Positions 36,975-48,465 of a stretch of 64,000 nucleotides of DNA are shown in pieces. The DNA lies in the NCBI GenBank assembly GCA_010093815.1, contig ML996572.1; one strand, 5' to 3'. The notes beneath the pieces are model-generated. The model did not search any database, was not told the origin of the DNA, and saw nothing but the letters and a program-made list of their open reading frames with translations. Source of the DNA: Pseudovirgaria hyperparasitica (taxonomy: Eukaryota). Position numbers and translations under genes: made by a program. Position 1 is the first letter of the stretch. Every line of letters begins with the position of its first letter.

Positions 36975-37979
36975 ATGTCCGCCCGCCTCGTCATACCCCG
37001 ACCCGGCTCCAACCCGCCGCCGCCCAAACCCCCCATCCCCGGTGCATCCGAGCAAGCCTTCACCGACACCTTCGGAGCCCTCCTCCGACCCGCCCAATAC
37101 CTCACCACCCCGGCCGGAAAAGCAGCATACTACCACCTCCCTCCCTCCGACCCGCACCCCTCACACCCCTCCTCACACCCCTCCTCACACCCCTCCCACG
37201 TCCTCCTCCTCCACGGCGTCCAAACCCCCGCCCTCGGCCTCCTGCCCCTCACCACCGCCCTCCGCAAAACCCACCCGCACACCCACTTCCTCCTCCTCGA
37301 CCTCTGGGGCCACGCCCTCTCCGACACTCCGCTCCTCCCACACACCCCCGCCCTCTTCACCGCCCTCATCCACGCCCTCCTCACACACCTCTCCTGGGAC
37401 CATGTGCACCTCATCGGCTTCTCCTTCGGCGCCGTCCTAGCCGCCGAATACATCGCCTCTACTCGCCCCGCTAGCGTGCACAGCTGCGTCCTCGTTGCCC
37501 CTGCCGGACTCCTCCGTAGCGCTTCCTTCGGCCCCGAGGCACGCGCTTTACTCGGCGCCGAATGCGCCGACGAAGACGCGGCGCGGGACTGGGTGCTCGG
37601 GTTCCTCGAGGGCGGGCCCCTGGTTGTGCCGTCGGACTGGCGCGAGCGTGTTGCGCGCGGCGAGGTCGTGGCGGAAAAGGTGCGCGAGTGGCAGATGGTG
37701 CAGCACGCCGGGCATGGCGCCAGTGTTGTAGCCTGTTTCCGGGATGGGCGCGCGTTTGATAACGGGCGGGTGTTTGAGGAGCTTGGGAGGTCTGGGGTGC
37801 CGGTGTTTGCGGTGTTGGGCGGGGATGATCCGGTTTGTGGGAGGGCGGAGCTGAGGGCGGTGGGGATTGAGGGTGGGGATCTTGTGGTTGTTGTTGAGGG
37901 GGCTGGGCATGGGGTTGTTAGGGAGAGGGCGGATGAGGTTGCGGGTGCGATTGGGCGGTTTTGGGGACGGCTTGCGTAG
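36975..37979 (+). CDS. Alpha/beta-hydrolase fold protein
   Basis: VLLLHGVQTP, LLDLWGHALSDTP, nucleophile elbow GFSFG, LVAPAGL, VLGGDDPV, EGAGHGV. Intronless, 334 aa. Confidence 0.9.
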   Translation: MSARLVIPRPGSNPPPPKPPIPGASEQAFTDTFGALLRPAQYLTTPAGKAAYYHLPPSDPHPSHPSSHPSSHPSHVLLLHGVQTPALGLLPLTTALRKTHPHTHFLLLDLWGHALSDTPLLPHTPALFTALIHALLTHLSWDHVHLIGFSFGAVLAAEYIASTRPASVHSCVLVAPAGLLRSASFGPEARALLGAECADEDAARDWVLGFLEGGPLVVPSDWRERVARGEVVAEKVREWQMVQHAGHGASVVACFRDGRAFDNGRVFEELGRSGVPVFAVLGGDDPVCGRAELRAVGIEGGDLVVVVEGAGHGVVRERADEVAGAIGRFWGRLA

Positions 37980-38515
37980 GGTTTACTCTCCTGGCCTGCT
38001 TTATGGTGGGTTGAATGAGGTGTTGATATGTTAATGTTCAAGACTCGTCCACATTAGTTGACTAAGATTGCCCGATTAGGAAAGGCGGCACGTGCGCGCG
38101 GCCATGTCTGGCGCGGACCGCGTCCCCTGGTGGCGCCGCTTCCAGGGTCCAGAATGCTCTGCAGCGCCATCATACTGCACCTTGCAGCACTTCATGCGTA
38201 TCGAAATAGCACCCGGAATGCGAATATCAAACAGTCGCCCTGCCGTCATTGGCCCGTCCTGCCGTACGAGGCTGTCTTTGACGGAGGCGAGACTCGCGCC
38301 CGGCACCATGTTTGTCCCGCTCGGGAACCTATGCATCTTTTCAAGCTGCCTTCAGCTGAACGAGCCATGAGTCTAGACACCCAGGCTCATGCAGGTGATG
38401 TAAGGCAGTCCAAGTAATTTCTGGAGGCATAAAACGGGATAGTCCATCGGCGATATGTCTCGCTTTCCATCTTCTTCCAACGACCTCAGCACACTCTCGC
38501 CCTGCCCTCTTCACA

Positions 38516-40437
38516 ATGGCGTCCAGGATCTTCGCCCGCCTCGCAACGAAACCGGTCCTCATCGGCGGATCCGCAGTCGGCGCCGGCGGCCTCGCAACAT
38601 ACTCCTACTCCTCCACCAACGGCACATACGGCAAGACGGACGCGCAGATCCAGTTCGAAAAGTCCTGGGGCTACCAGACCAAGGACGGACGCCAGGTCGT
38701 CGAGCCGCCGCCAAACTGGACGGGCGAACTCTTCCAGGTGCGCGTAGACTATCCAAAGTCGGCCGTCGATGCTGCTACTGCTGCTACTTCTACTTCCCAG
38801 CCCGTCATCCTACCCGGGCCTGACACGCCCCCGATCGTCGGACTCGATGCGCCCTGGCTGAACTACAACTTTGAGACGGATCCGGAGATGTATTGTAGCG
38901 TCATCAAGGAGTATTGCTGGGCGGGGAATGTCAATAATGACTTTGTCGTGCGGAAGAATCCTGTCCGGCAGTGGTATCACGCGCCGTGGATGCACTGGAG
39001 TGCGAATGGGCGGGAGCCTATCCATGGTCTGACGTTTGAACGGCCGACTCCGAAGTTGGAGCTGTCTAGGACCCAGGACCGTGTGCTGCAGACGTGGGCG
39101 TGTGGCTTCTACAATGCTGCTGGTAAGTAGGCCCTGAACGTCCGTCTGGTATCTGAATCTTCATCATCTGACGGCCGGGCCAGGGGCATCCGCGTTCGAA
39201 CGCATCTGGAGAGACCCAAACAATCCCCGATGGGACAAGAAGGAATTCCCCGACGGCTTCCAGTTCCCCGTGGGGACCGCCGTCTTCAAGGTCTGAGCCT
39301 CCACGAGCACGCTTGTCTCAACCTCTCTCTCACACCCAACAGATACTAATGACCGACGCAACAAACGACGAAGTCCCCTCCATGGCAGGCGCCCCCGTAA
39401 TGAAAGCTGTGATAGCTCAGCCGCCAACCCCAGAGCAAGAAGCCCAATCATGGACCTGGCAAGCCAGCAAACGCAACGACTTCGCCTCCGACCTGCGGCT
39501 CCTCCAGGTCGACTTTGCCGTCCGCGACGACCGCGCCCCGATCGGCTGGGTCTTTGGCACATTCATGTACGACGGCAGCCAGAAAGACCAGAACGTAAGT
39601 CAGACCTTCCAATCCCCAATCCTCATCCAAAACTAACCACCACCCGAAAGCCCTGGGATCGCATCATCCCCGTCGGCTTGATGTGGGGCAACGACCCGCA
39701 ACTCTGGCCCGCCGACGCCGCAAAAGGCGCGAAACCAAAGGAATCATGGCTATCCAAGTGCGCCGACGACCTGCGCAAGTCCATGGGCGGCACCCGGCCC
39801 AGCTGGGGCTGGAACGGCCGCATGAACGGCCCAGGTAAGTCCCACTTACCCCCTAAAACAACAACACACGTACCCCTTTTTCTAACATTCTACCTGTTTC
39901 TCCAACCCCACAGCCGACAACTTCATCTCCGCCTGCGCATCCTGCCACTCCACCTCCCAAACCGGCCCGCGCGCCCCCATGGTCCAGTCCCCCTCCTGGA
40001 CCGACGCGCAGAAAATGCACTTGTTTCGTAATATCAGGGGCACGGAGCCGTTTGGCGATCCTCTCGGCGCCTCGAGTAACACTCCAAGTACCACCACCAC
40101 CACCACCAGCAGCAGCAGCAGAAGCAACACCGCCCCCACAAAGGCCAACAACGACAGGGTCTCGGGCGACTACTCCCTCCAGCTCATGATCGGCATGGCA
40201 AACTACCAGGCCTGGCGCATCGGGCAGAGTCTGATCCGGCGGACGATGGTCAAGATTCCGTATACGAGCGCGTGGCGCGAGGCGGCGGATGTGGAGGCGA
40301 AGAGGGATTTGTTGCGGGCCGGGCCGGTGTATGTTGATGGTGATGGTGGGAGTGGGAGTGGGGTTGGGGAGGAGAGGAACGGTGAGGAGGGGAATAAGGG
40401 GGAGGGGAAGGAGGAGGAGGAGAGTGCGAGGTCCTGA
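38516..40437 (+). CDS. Uncharacterised protein with a C-terminal CxxCH motif and mitochondrial-type N-terminus, 5 exons
   Basis: Splicing at about 39123-39183, 39291-39342, 39595-39650 and 39835-39913 joins one frame: WYHAPWMH..GREPIHGLTFER..QTWACGFYN..FPVGTAVFK|ILMTDA..LRLLQVDFAVRD..GWVFGTFMYDG..PVGLMWGNDP..GWNGRMNGP|ADNFISACASCHSTSQ..DYSLQL. Confidence 0.85.
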
Positions 40438-41754
40438 GGAATGTGTTGGAGTTGTGGGGCTGTAAGGAGGGGATGGTAAGTATGGAGGTACTATAGTGTG
40501 TTTATGTTAGATATAGGGGAAGATATGCTGGGAGATACCGCGTGTAGGCCGTCGAGGTGGGATTAATCAGGCAATGAGTCAATACCAACATCCGAACTAC
40601 GAAACGCAGAACATGGCAGAACTACTCAGTTTACTACCTTGTCGAACATCATATCTAATCTGTTTCCTTCACCACTTACTCTGCGGATCAACCATCCTCC
40701 TCCCCAGCCCGCTACTGCAACACATCCTCCTCCTTCTCGCCTTCCTCTAGTCACTGCAACAGCGACACAGCCAGGCCAAACATCTCCTTCGCAAGTCACC
40801 ATCCGCACATCATCAGGAGTATTATCGTTACTCATCGCCTCGAAGAAGAACCCTCTCTCTATTGTGTGTGATTAGAGTGTATGTGTATTTATTGACTGTG
40901 TTGAGGAAGTTCTTGTCGTAGTTTAATGTTTGTGTTTGTAGGAGGGAGGTCCAGACTGGTCCTGATGCAACACCATGACATGGATCTCTTCAGTTCCAAG
41001 ACGACCGAGTAAGTGACCGACCAATGTCTGCTCTGACGTGAAGCTGCAGTCCACGATATCCCTCCCGTTCCGAACTGTGCACCCGAGTGCGGGGCGTCGT
41101 CCGAATTCGCGGGGTAGCCACGTGAGATCGAGATACTCACCACGTGATCTGATCTAAAATCAGATCCATCCCTTGCGTCCGTCCACTCGCCGTGATGGCG
41201 TAATCAACCGCACGCAATTCTTCTAGAAAGTCTCACCACGCCCTCTGTCAATTCACTCCCTCTCCTCCGGCTCTCAGACCTGAAACTCCCCCCTGATCTC
41301 GCCTCATGACAACACCACGGCCCACCCGGCGGACTCCACAATCTCTGAGCCTCGTCGCTAGGCCTGCGGCTCGCCTAATTCTCGCCAATCCGCCACTCTG
41401 ATTGGTCGCGCGGCACCCCGATCCGTATCTGGGAATGTCATCAAGGATGTTCGCAGGGGTTGTTGTACAGGACCACTCGCGAGTTTACTAGGCCAAGATC
41501 CATGGCGTTTGCGTTCATTGGCTCCGGCGCGCGTATGGCGTAGCGAGGGATAATGGTCGTCCAAAGTCTTTTGTGACGCCCTTTCCGCTGCTTGATTATG
41601 TGTGATTCGCATTTACTTTGGGGTTTCGTTGTATCATCATCAGAGGACGGACTGTGTGCAAGAGCAAGGTTTGTTGAGAGATATGGGTAGTATAGAGTGC
41701 CCGTCGCAGCATCGTCCGCTCAAGGTCCATCCTCATGATGTCCAGACTGTTGAA

Positions 41755-43131
41755 ATGGCCGCCCCGAAATCGTACGCTGACATCGCTGCGACTATCAACC
41801 ACGCCCTGGCAAATCTTCCAGCGCCAGGGGAGGGTAATATGGCGGAAAGATATCAACTGCTAGGGGCGATCGATAGGTTGAAGGCAGCCGTAGAGCCCCC
41901 CGAGTTTGCCCTGCAAAGAATGAACTGTGGAGTACGCGCGAAGCCACGTCCTCTCGAAGACCTGGGTTAATGGGATTATATAGGCGCATTCTCTGGTAGC
42001 TATGAGGATAGCAGTCGGAATGGGCATATTCGACGCTCTCCCATCTCATGTCGGCGAGGAGATCTCCTTCGACGACCTGGCCTCACAAACAAAAGGCTCC
42101 CCCGATCTCCTGGGTCCGACCGCTTCTCCTCAAGACCAGCACCCTCGCTGACACAAACAGAACGCATCCTCCGCCTCCTCAAGACACACAACATCATCAC
42201 CTCCCCACGCCCAAACCACTTCGCCCCCCTGCCCCTCGCCCTCTCCCTAACCTCCCCCTCCCCCTCCGCATACTCCGTCATCCACTTCTACTCCCACCTC
42301 AAGTCCCAAGCCCACATCTACGAATACCTCTCCTCCACCTCCTTCGCCACCCCAAGCAGCGTCTCATCCGGGCCCTGGCAATACGCCCTCTCCACCCGGA
42401 AGCCCTACCAGGAATGGCTCAAAGCAGACCCCCTCCAACAACGCGCCTTCAACGAAACAATGACCAGCTTCAACGCCTTCCGCCTCTCCCACTGGCACGA
42501 CACATACCCCGTCCACACCCTCGTCCCTGCTCCCCCGTCCAGCACCCCATCCCCATCCCCAACATCATCACCACCTCTCCTCGTCGACATCGGCGCCGGC
42601 CTCGGCTCCGACGCCCTCGCCTTCCGCGCCCGCTTCCCCGACCTCCCCGGCCCCGTCATCCTCCAAGACCTCCCCGCCGTCGTATCCTCCATCACCACCC
42701 CGCTGCCCCCCGGCATCCTCGTCCTCGGCCACGACATGTTCGCACCCCAACCTCCCATTGCACGTCATGCGCGTGCGTACTATCTGCGCAGCGTGCTTGT
42801 TGATTGGCCCGATGCACAGGTCCTGCAGGTGCTGCGGCACGTGCGCGATGCCATGGGCCCGGAGTCGGTGGTGTTGGTGAATGAGTATTTGATGCCGGAG
42901 GAGGAGGAGGGCGAGAGGGTGGGTAATGCGGTTGCGGCGATTGATTTGATTCAGATGAGTTTGTTTGGCGGCTTGGTTAGGACGGAGAGGCAGTGGGGGG
43001 ATGTGGTGCGGAGGGCTGGGCTGAGGGTGAAGAAGGTCTGGAGGACGGATCGGGGTGGGCCGATTCCGACGGGGGTGGTGGAGTGTGTGCTTGAGGATGG
43101 GGAGAAAGAGGAGGAGGAGGAGGTGCTATAA
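41755..43131 (+). CDS. SAM-dependent O-methyltransferase (fungal secondary-metabolism, COMT-like), 3 exons
   Basis: MRIAVGMGIFD dimerisation helix, LLVDIGAGLGSD, VILQDLP, GHDMFAPQP, ARAYYLRSVLVDWPD, RTERQW. Confidence 0.92.
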
Positions 43132-43272
43132 TGTGTGCTTGCTCGGATACTGGCGCTGTGGTTGCTGGTGTACGGATGATGTTTCCCGTTCATCAATCTT
43201 GATAATATTCTTCCTTAACAAATAGACGAGTGAACTACACACTGACACCACAACACATCCCCCCCTAACCCC

Positions 43273-44164
43273 CTACGAACCATGATGATGCTCCTCACTC
43301 GCCGCATGCTCACCCGTATCATGCCCGCCCCCATGCCCGCCCATCCCAACCCTCTCCTTCTTCCTCGCCACCTCCTCCGCACTCAACCCATAATACTCCC
43401 ACTGCGCCACAAACCCGACCAGCTCCTCCCAGTCCCTACAAACATGCATCGTCCCAAACCCCGTCACCCCACCGAGCCGCACATTCACCCTCTCCGCCGC
43501 CAAATCCGGATTACACATCAGACTCTGCCGCAGCAAATCGATGCAATGGCGCATATGCGGCGGGGCGAGATGGTCGGGCAGACTGGCCGGGTCGAGCAGG
43601 GCTGTCTGGGTGGTGGCGTGGTCGTAGATGGTCCAGAGGGCGGTGCGCAGGCCGTCGAGGCAGTGCAGCTGGTGGAAGACGGAGAGGGCGGAGCGCGTGG
43701 GCGCGTAGGTTGGGTGGGTGAGATAGCCGCCTTGTTCGGGGAAGAGGGCGGCCCAGGCGGCGTTTGTGGATGCGTTGGGCGGGGAGCCGAAGGTGCGGTT
43801 GTAGGTGAAGGGGTGTTTGTGGGTTGAGACTTTGGGTGTGGGTCAGTGTGGGAGGTTTTTATATGGTGGGCTTTTGGTGAGGGTAAGGAAGGTTGGAGAG
43901 GGGGTTGGGTGGGGAGAGGAGTGCTGGATACGTACTTGGGATTCCGTAGCCTGGGTTTATACTGCTGCTGCTGCTGCTGCTAATGCTGGCATTGCGGCCG
44001 CTGCTGGTGTACCTGCCCGCTGTGAAGCTGAGGATACATGCTAGAAGAACGGATAGGAAGATCATAATCTGCTTGACCAGAGGTGTGTTCCATTGCTGGC
44101 TGATGGAGGACGTCGAACCTTCAACACGTGCGTAGCGCGGCTTCTGGGTGTTGAGCAAGTCCAT
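43273..44164 (-). CDS. UstYa-like / DUF3328 oxidase, 2 exons
   Basis: N-terminal TM helix, NAAWAALFP, twin HxxHC motifs (SVFHQLHCL and HMRHCIDLLRQSLMCNPD), GFGTMHVCRDWE. Confidence 0.92.
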
Positions 44165-46450
44165 TTCGATGACGACGTTCACTCTTGAAGTAATCAGTCA
44201 CAGGCGACAGTGAGGTATGAGGCGGAAAAGAAAATACACGAGCAGTTTTGTACTGACTTGAAGCTGAGTGACATTGTGGTTGAAGAGGATTGCGGCGTAG
44301 GTACGTTCTAGAAGCGGGATGACTAAGGGAGTATGAATCGGTGACTACCTAGAATCTCCTTGAACAGTGTGTAAGACCTTTGTGTTCTCAATATTCATTT
44401 CCTCTTATGCTCAAATATCCAACACATGATCGGGATATGGGCCAACAGCCCATGAGTCTGCAGTGAACAATGACTGTTGCATGTTCACTCGAACTTGGGG
44501 AAGTCGCGGCACTTTTGATGCAAAATCAGTCCAACACATGAGCAGACCTGTGATTCAGGTCAATTGATCGGTTGTATCCCTTAGGCAGCCACATTCCCTC
44601 AAATCGTGTTTCTCCTTTTCGCGCCCTAGTTTGTCGGAGCTCTCCTTAATACTTGTCCGTTCTGTACGAGATCAACCAACCTTTCCCTCTCAACTACTTC
44701 ATAGCATCTGAGTCTACCGGAAATAGATATGTCATTGAAGACCTGCCTGTTTCATGCCTGATGAGCAGCAGGTCCGTGGATAGTGTACGGTGTACGGCGA
44801 CTAAAAAGGAGTAACTGCTGCATTGCGCAATGCACACATTGAACTGTTTAATTATATGACTTAGGGGTACGAGCTTTCCTCCTCGCTGTATCAGTCGCTT
44901 GCCAACCGGAGGAACCCCTTCGAGGTTGAGGTTCTGATCGTCCTATCTGAGCTACACCCTTGCAGCTTGACTAGGCTCAAGGGTCGATAAACGGTCACAA
45001 TTCGAGAAAAAATACTGCTCATAACCCAAAAGATGCTTTCGCAATCCATGGAAAGCCATTTCAGGACGCTTCCATGCGTTTCTGCCGAATGTTTCGGTAA
45101 ATTGATTTCATTATATCACCGATATCTTCGAGCTGAGAATCAGCCTGAAGATGGGCCATTTTCTTAGCGATCAAAGCACATACTGACCAAATAATTCTTT
45201 CATGTCGTTCCTGCACCCCAAAAGACCGCTTTTCATTCCCTGTTCAGTATAGTTTAATCGAAGCAGCCAACGGTCCGGTATAGTCTCTAAAGAATCTTTC
45301 GTACACGCGTAGTCGAGGTAACGCACCCTCGATATCAGCGATCACTGTGACTATACGGTCAGAATAATTGCCAAACTGCTTAGCCATTTAGTGCGCGTCG
45401 ATCAGTCTTTTCATGAGACCTTGATAGCTGTCCTACGTGGAAGCAGACGCGATAACTGCCTCATAGTGGGCATGAAGTCGACCTAGGCGTATTCGTATAG
45501 CCATGCAGGGTTGATCCATGTTCCGAGATATGCAGTCTATGAGCGGCTGGACTATGCCTTGTTCGCCGAACAGCTTGCTCTTGAGTTTATATCTCTTCTC
45601 GGCTACACTGACTGTGTAGAACAAATTCCGTGGAAGCGCTTCCTAAATTTCTCAGATTCCGAAGTCCATCCAGGAATAGCTCCCTTGCTATCTCCCATGA
45701 CTGCATACGGCAGGGGGTTTTGGTGGAGACAAAGCTTCGGTGGGACGCCTTGAGTCAACCAACTCCAGCAATGTTACGAGACTTGCCATAAGAATGAAAG
45801 TAGTGCAATCACGGCGGAATCGAGTAAGGCCATGCTGAATAGCAAACATTGGTGTGTATGGATGCATGCGGACTGTGGCTGTGCGTCCACAGCTTCGACA
45901 GGCTCGTTGTCGAACTCTCGCTTCTGAATGATGAGGGTATTATTCAAAATCCGGCACTCTTTCTGTCCGCGGTGTGATCCGTTGAATGACAAATTGGAAT
46001 ATGTATGAAATCCTGAGTTGAAGGTAAAGTGAGGAATAAAAGACATCCAAAGTTGGCGACTGATTTTAGTGGGGCAAATTCCGCGGTCTCCGATATATCT
46101 TCTTCGATACAGCCCGTAGCTATTCAATCTTCTTTCCTCATACAACGCGTTCGTATCGTCCTTGTCCCCAGCATGCGTTCGCATTCATGGTACCGTCACA
46201 TATCACGGTCGCCATTGTGTTGTAGGCTTGCTGCCTCAAATAGCATAATCACCCATCGGCCTTAATTCCGCGATGGGGGCCGACGTCACTGGTCTCCTCT
46301 TGAGAGCTTAGAAATGGACGACTATATATGCCAGTCATACAGTCAGCTTCCACCATAAAAGATTCGCCCAACAGCTTTCTTAGTTTGTCCAAACTCTGCT
46401 ACAGCTAGAAGACTATAATTTTCTGATTTTATCGGACCAACCGTAGCAAC

Positions 46451-47245
46451 ATGTCAGAACCCTCGACCAAACGCCAGAAAGTCACTTACGACCTCATCTA
46501 TTGGCCCGGTATTCCCGGCCGTGGTGAGCACATCCGTCTCGCCCTCGAAGCATCTGGCACACCATACAACGACATTGCGAACGACGACAAAGATGGAATC
46601 AAAGCAGTGCAAGCCCTCATAGACCCCAACTCCACAACCGATGATGCCGGGAACCCGCCCGCGTTTGCTCCTCCAGCCCTCAGAGTTCCCGGTGCTGGAA
46701 GGGACGGCAAGCCACTACTTATCACACAAACGCCCAACATACTATTCTACCTAGGCGATAAGATCGGCATGGTGCCGGAGGGTGACGAAGCTGGGAAATG
46801 GCATGCGAATGCTATTGTGCTCACAGCGCTTGACCTGAACAATGAGACACATGATACACATCACCCAGTTGCAGTGATGAAATACTATGAGGATCAAAAA
46901 GAAGAGTCGCTTAAGAAGGCGACCGACTTTCGGGAAAATCGGATACCCAAGTTTCTCGGATATTTCGAACGGGTGCTCAAGGGTAACACAAAAGGGGATG
47001 GAAAATACTTTGTTGGCGACAAGATTACTTACGCAGACACGACTGTATGGCAAGTTCTTGACGGGCTGTTCTTCGCATTTCCGAAGGAAATGGAAGCAAG
47101 GAAGAAGGAGTTTCCAGTGACCTTGCAAACATTTTACTCCAGTATCAAGGAAGAGAAGGGTATCAAGGAATACTTGAGCAGCGGGAAGCGACTACCATAT
47201 TCTCAGGGTATCTTCAGACGGTATCCCGAGCTCGACCGGCAATAA
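46451..47245 (+). CDS. Glutathione S-transferase
   Basis: YDLIYWPGIPGRGEHIRLALE, FAPPAL, ITQTPNILFYLG, HDTHHP, RIPKFLGYFE, GDKITYAD, GIFRRYPELD. Confidence 0.93.
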   Translation: MSEPSTKRQKVTYDLIYWPGIPGRGEHIRLALEASGTPYNDIANDDKDGIKAVQALIDPNSTTDDAGNPPAFAPPALRVPGAGRDGKPLLITQTPNILFYLGDKIGMVPEGDEAGKWHANAIVLTALDLNNETHDTHHPVAVMKYYEDQKEESLKKATDFRENRIPKFLGYFERVLKGNTKGDGKYFVGDKITYADTTVWQVLDGLFFAFPKEMEARKKEFPVTLQTFYSSIKEEKGIKEYLSSGKRLPYSQGIFRRYPELDRQ

Positions 47246-47475
47246 GTAACATCTGGAAGTGGCTCAGAATGAGGCTCAAAGACCCTGTCACGCAACGGAC
47301 CGACAATATAAACACGAAATTTTCAGATTGAAACTAAACCTAGAGTATCGTTTCAAACATGCTATAGATCAGATCCTGACTGCGACCATACTGTGCCTGA
47401 TGAAGCATTTCTAGGATATACGTATCAAACAAAATGAGAGTAACCAACAAGTAACAAACCACCCGGGTAAGGTAT

Positions 47476-48465
47476 CTACAAGCTCATCTCAACCTTCATA
47501 ACCTCCTCAATCCCCTTCCTGACCTTCTCGACTCCATCTTTTCCTAGTCTCTTCAACGGCTTCCTCGGATACCCACCATACCCATAGTAGCTTTCAATCG
47601 CACTCTTGGTCCCCGGAATGGCCGCCTTGGTCAATACCCAGTCACCCTTACTCAACACCTTCTGCAGCGCAAACGCCTCCTCATACTTCCCATCACGACA
47701 CAGCTCCCACACCTTGACACACGTCTTCGGCAATACATTTGCACCCCCAGCAATAATCCCGCTTCCACCACTGACCGCCGTCTGCGCCGTGAAATCCGCC
47801 ATGCCGCCAAACGCCATATACCTACTGCCCACTGTATTCGGCGTCACCGCATCCGTTGCCAGCGCCACGCGCGTCAGCTTGCCCGTATTACCACACGTAA
47901 ACTTGGTCCCGACAATGTTCGGATGCGCCGCAAGCCGGATCATTAAGTCCGAGTCCATATCAATCCCCGCCACGGCTCCCGGGTAATTGTACAGTATCAC
48001 CGGCACGGGGCTTGCATCCGCCACCCCCATGAAATATTCGTAAATCGCCTCTTCGTCCATCGCATACCGGTAGTAGCTCGGCGGTACAAGCAGCGCATAC
48101 TCGCCACCCGCATCCGCCAGCTCGGTGCATAGCGCGACCGTGCCGCGGATGCTGTTCTCGCTGGCGCCGACGATGACTGGCACATCCGTGTGGCCGGCCT
48201 CGTCGAGGGCGTCACGGGTTGCACGCGTGACGAGCTGTTTCTCGGCGAGGGAGAGGTGGACGGCTTCACCGTTGGAGCCCATGACAACGAGGCCGACGAG
48301 GCCGGCTTCAGCAAGACGTACAGCGTGTCGTTTGATGGTGGGGATGTCGAGATCTTCGGTCTTGGGGTCGAAGAATGTCATTGTAGGTGAATAGATGCCG
48401 GCACGGAGAGGAGTGCGTTGTTTGTGGGCGGTGCCGTGGCCGTTGCCTACTGCGCTGGGAGCCAT
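47476..48465 (-). CDS. gaaC: L-threo-3-deoxy-hexulosonate (2-keto-3-deoxy-L-galactonate) aldolase, DHDPS family
   Basis: GIYSPTMTFF, MGSNGEA, LYNYPGAVAGIDMDSD, Schiff-base Lys in GTKFTCGNTGKL. Divergent pairing with gaaA matches the known fungal arrangement. Confidence 0.9.
   Translation of the reverse strand: MAPSAVGNGHGTAHKQRTPLRAGIYSPTMTFFDPKTEDLDIPTIKRHAVRLAEAGLVGLVVMGSNGEAVHLSLAEKQLVTRATRDALDEAGHTDVPVIVGASENSIRGTVALCTELADAGGEYALLVPPSYYRYAMDEEAIYEYFMGVADASPVPVILYNYPGAVAGIDMDSDLMIRLAAHPNIVGTKFTCGNTGKLTRVALATDAVTPNTVGSRYMAFGGMADFTAQTAVSGGSGIIAGGANVLPKTCVKVWELCRDGKYEEAFALQKVLSKGDWVLTKAAIPGTKSAIESYYGYGGYPRKPLKRLGKDGVEKVRKGIEEVMKVEMSL

Noticed and set aside
37042..38041. Long overlapping and antisense ORFs over the hydrolase (also over the GT2, MFS and OMT genes)
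   Set aside because: Expected from GC-rich, skewed codon use that depletes stops in other frames; the products are low-complexity.
44819..44834. Perfect 16-bp palindrome TGCATTGCGCAATGCA (bZIP-like core) upstream of UstYa
   Set aside because: About one palindrome of this length is expected by chance in 64 kb, and there is no other support.
40450..46400. RiPP precursor peptide near the DUF3328 gene
   Set aside because: No ORF with a signal peptide and KR/RR-delimited repeated cores was visible on either strand.
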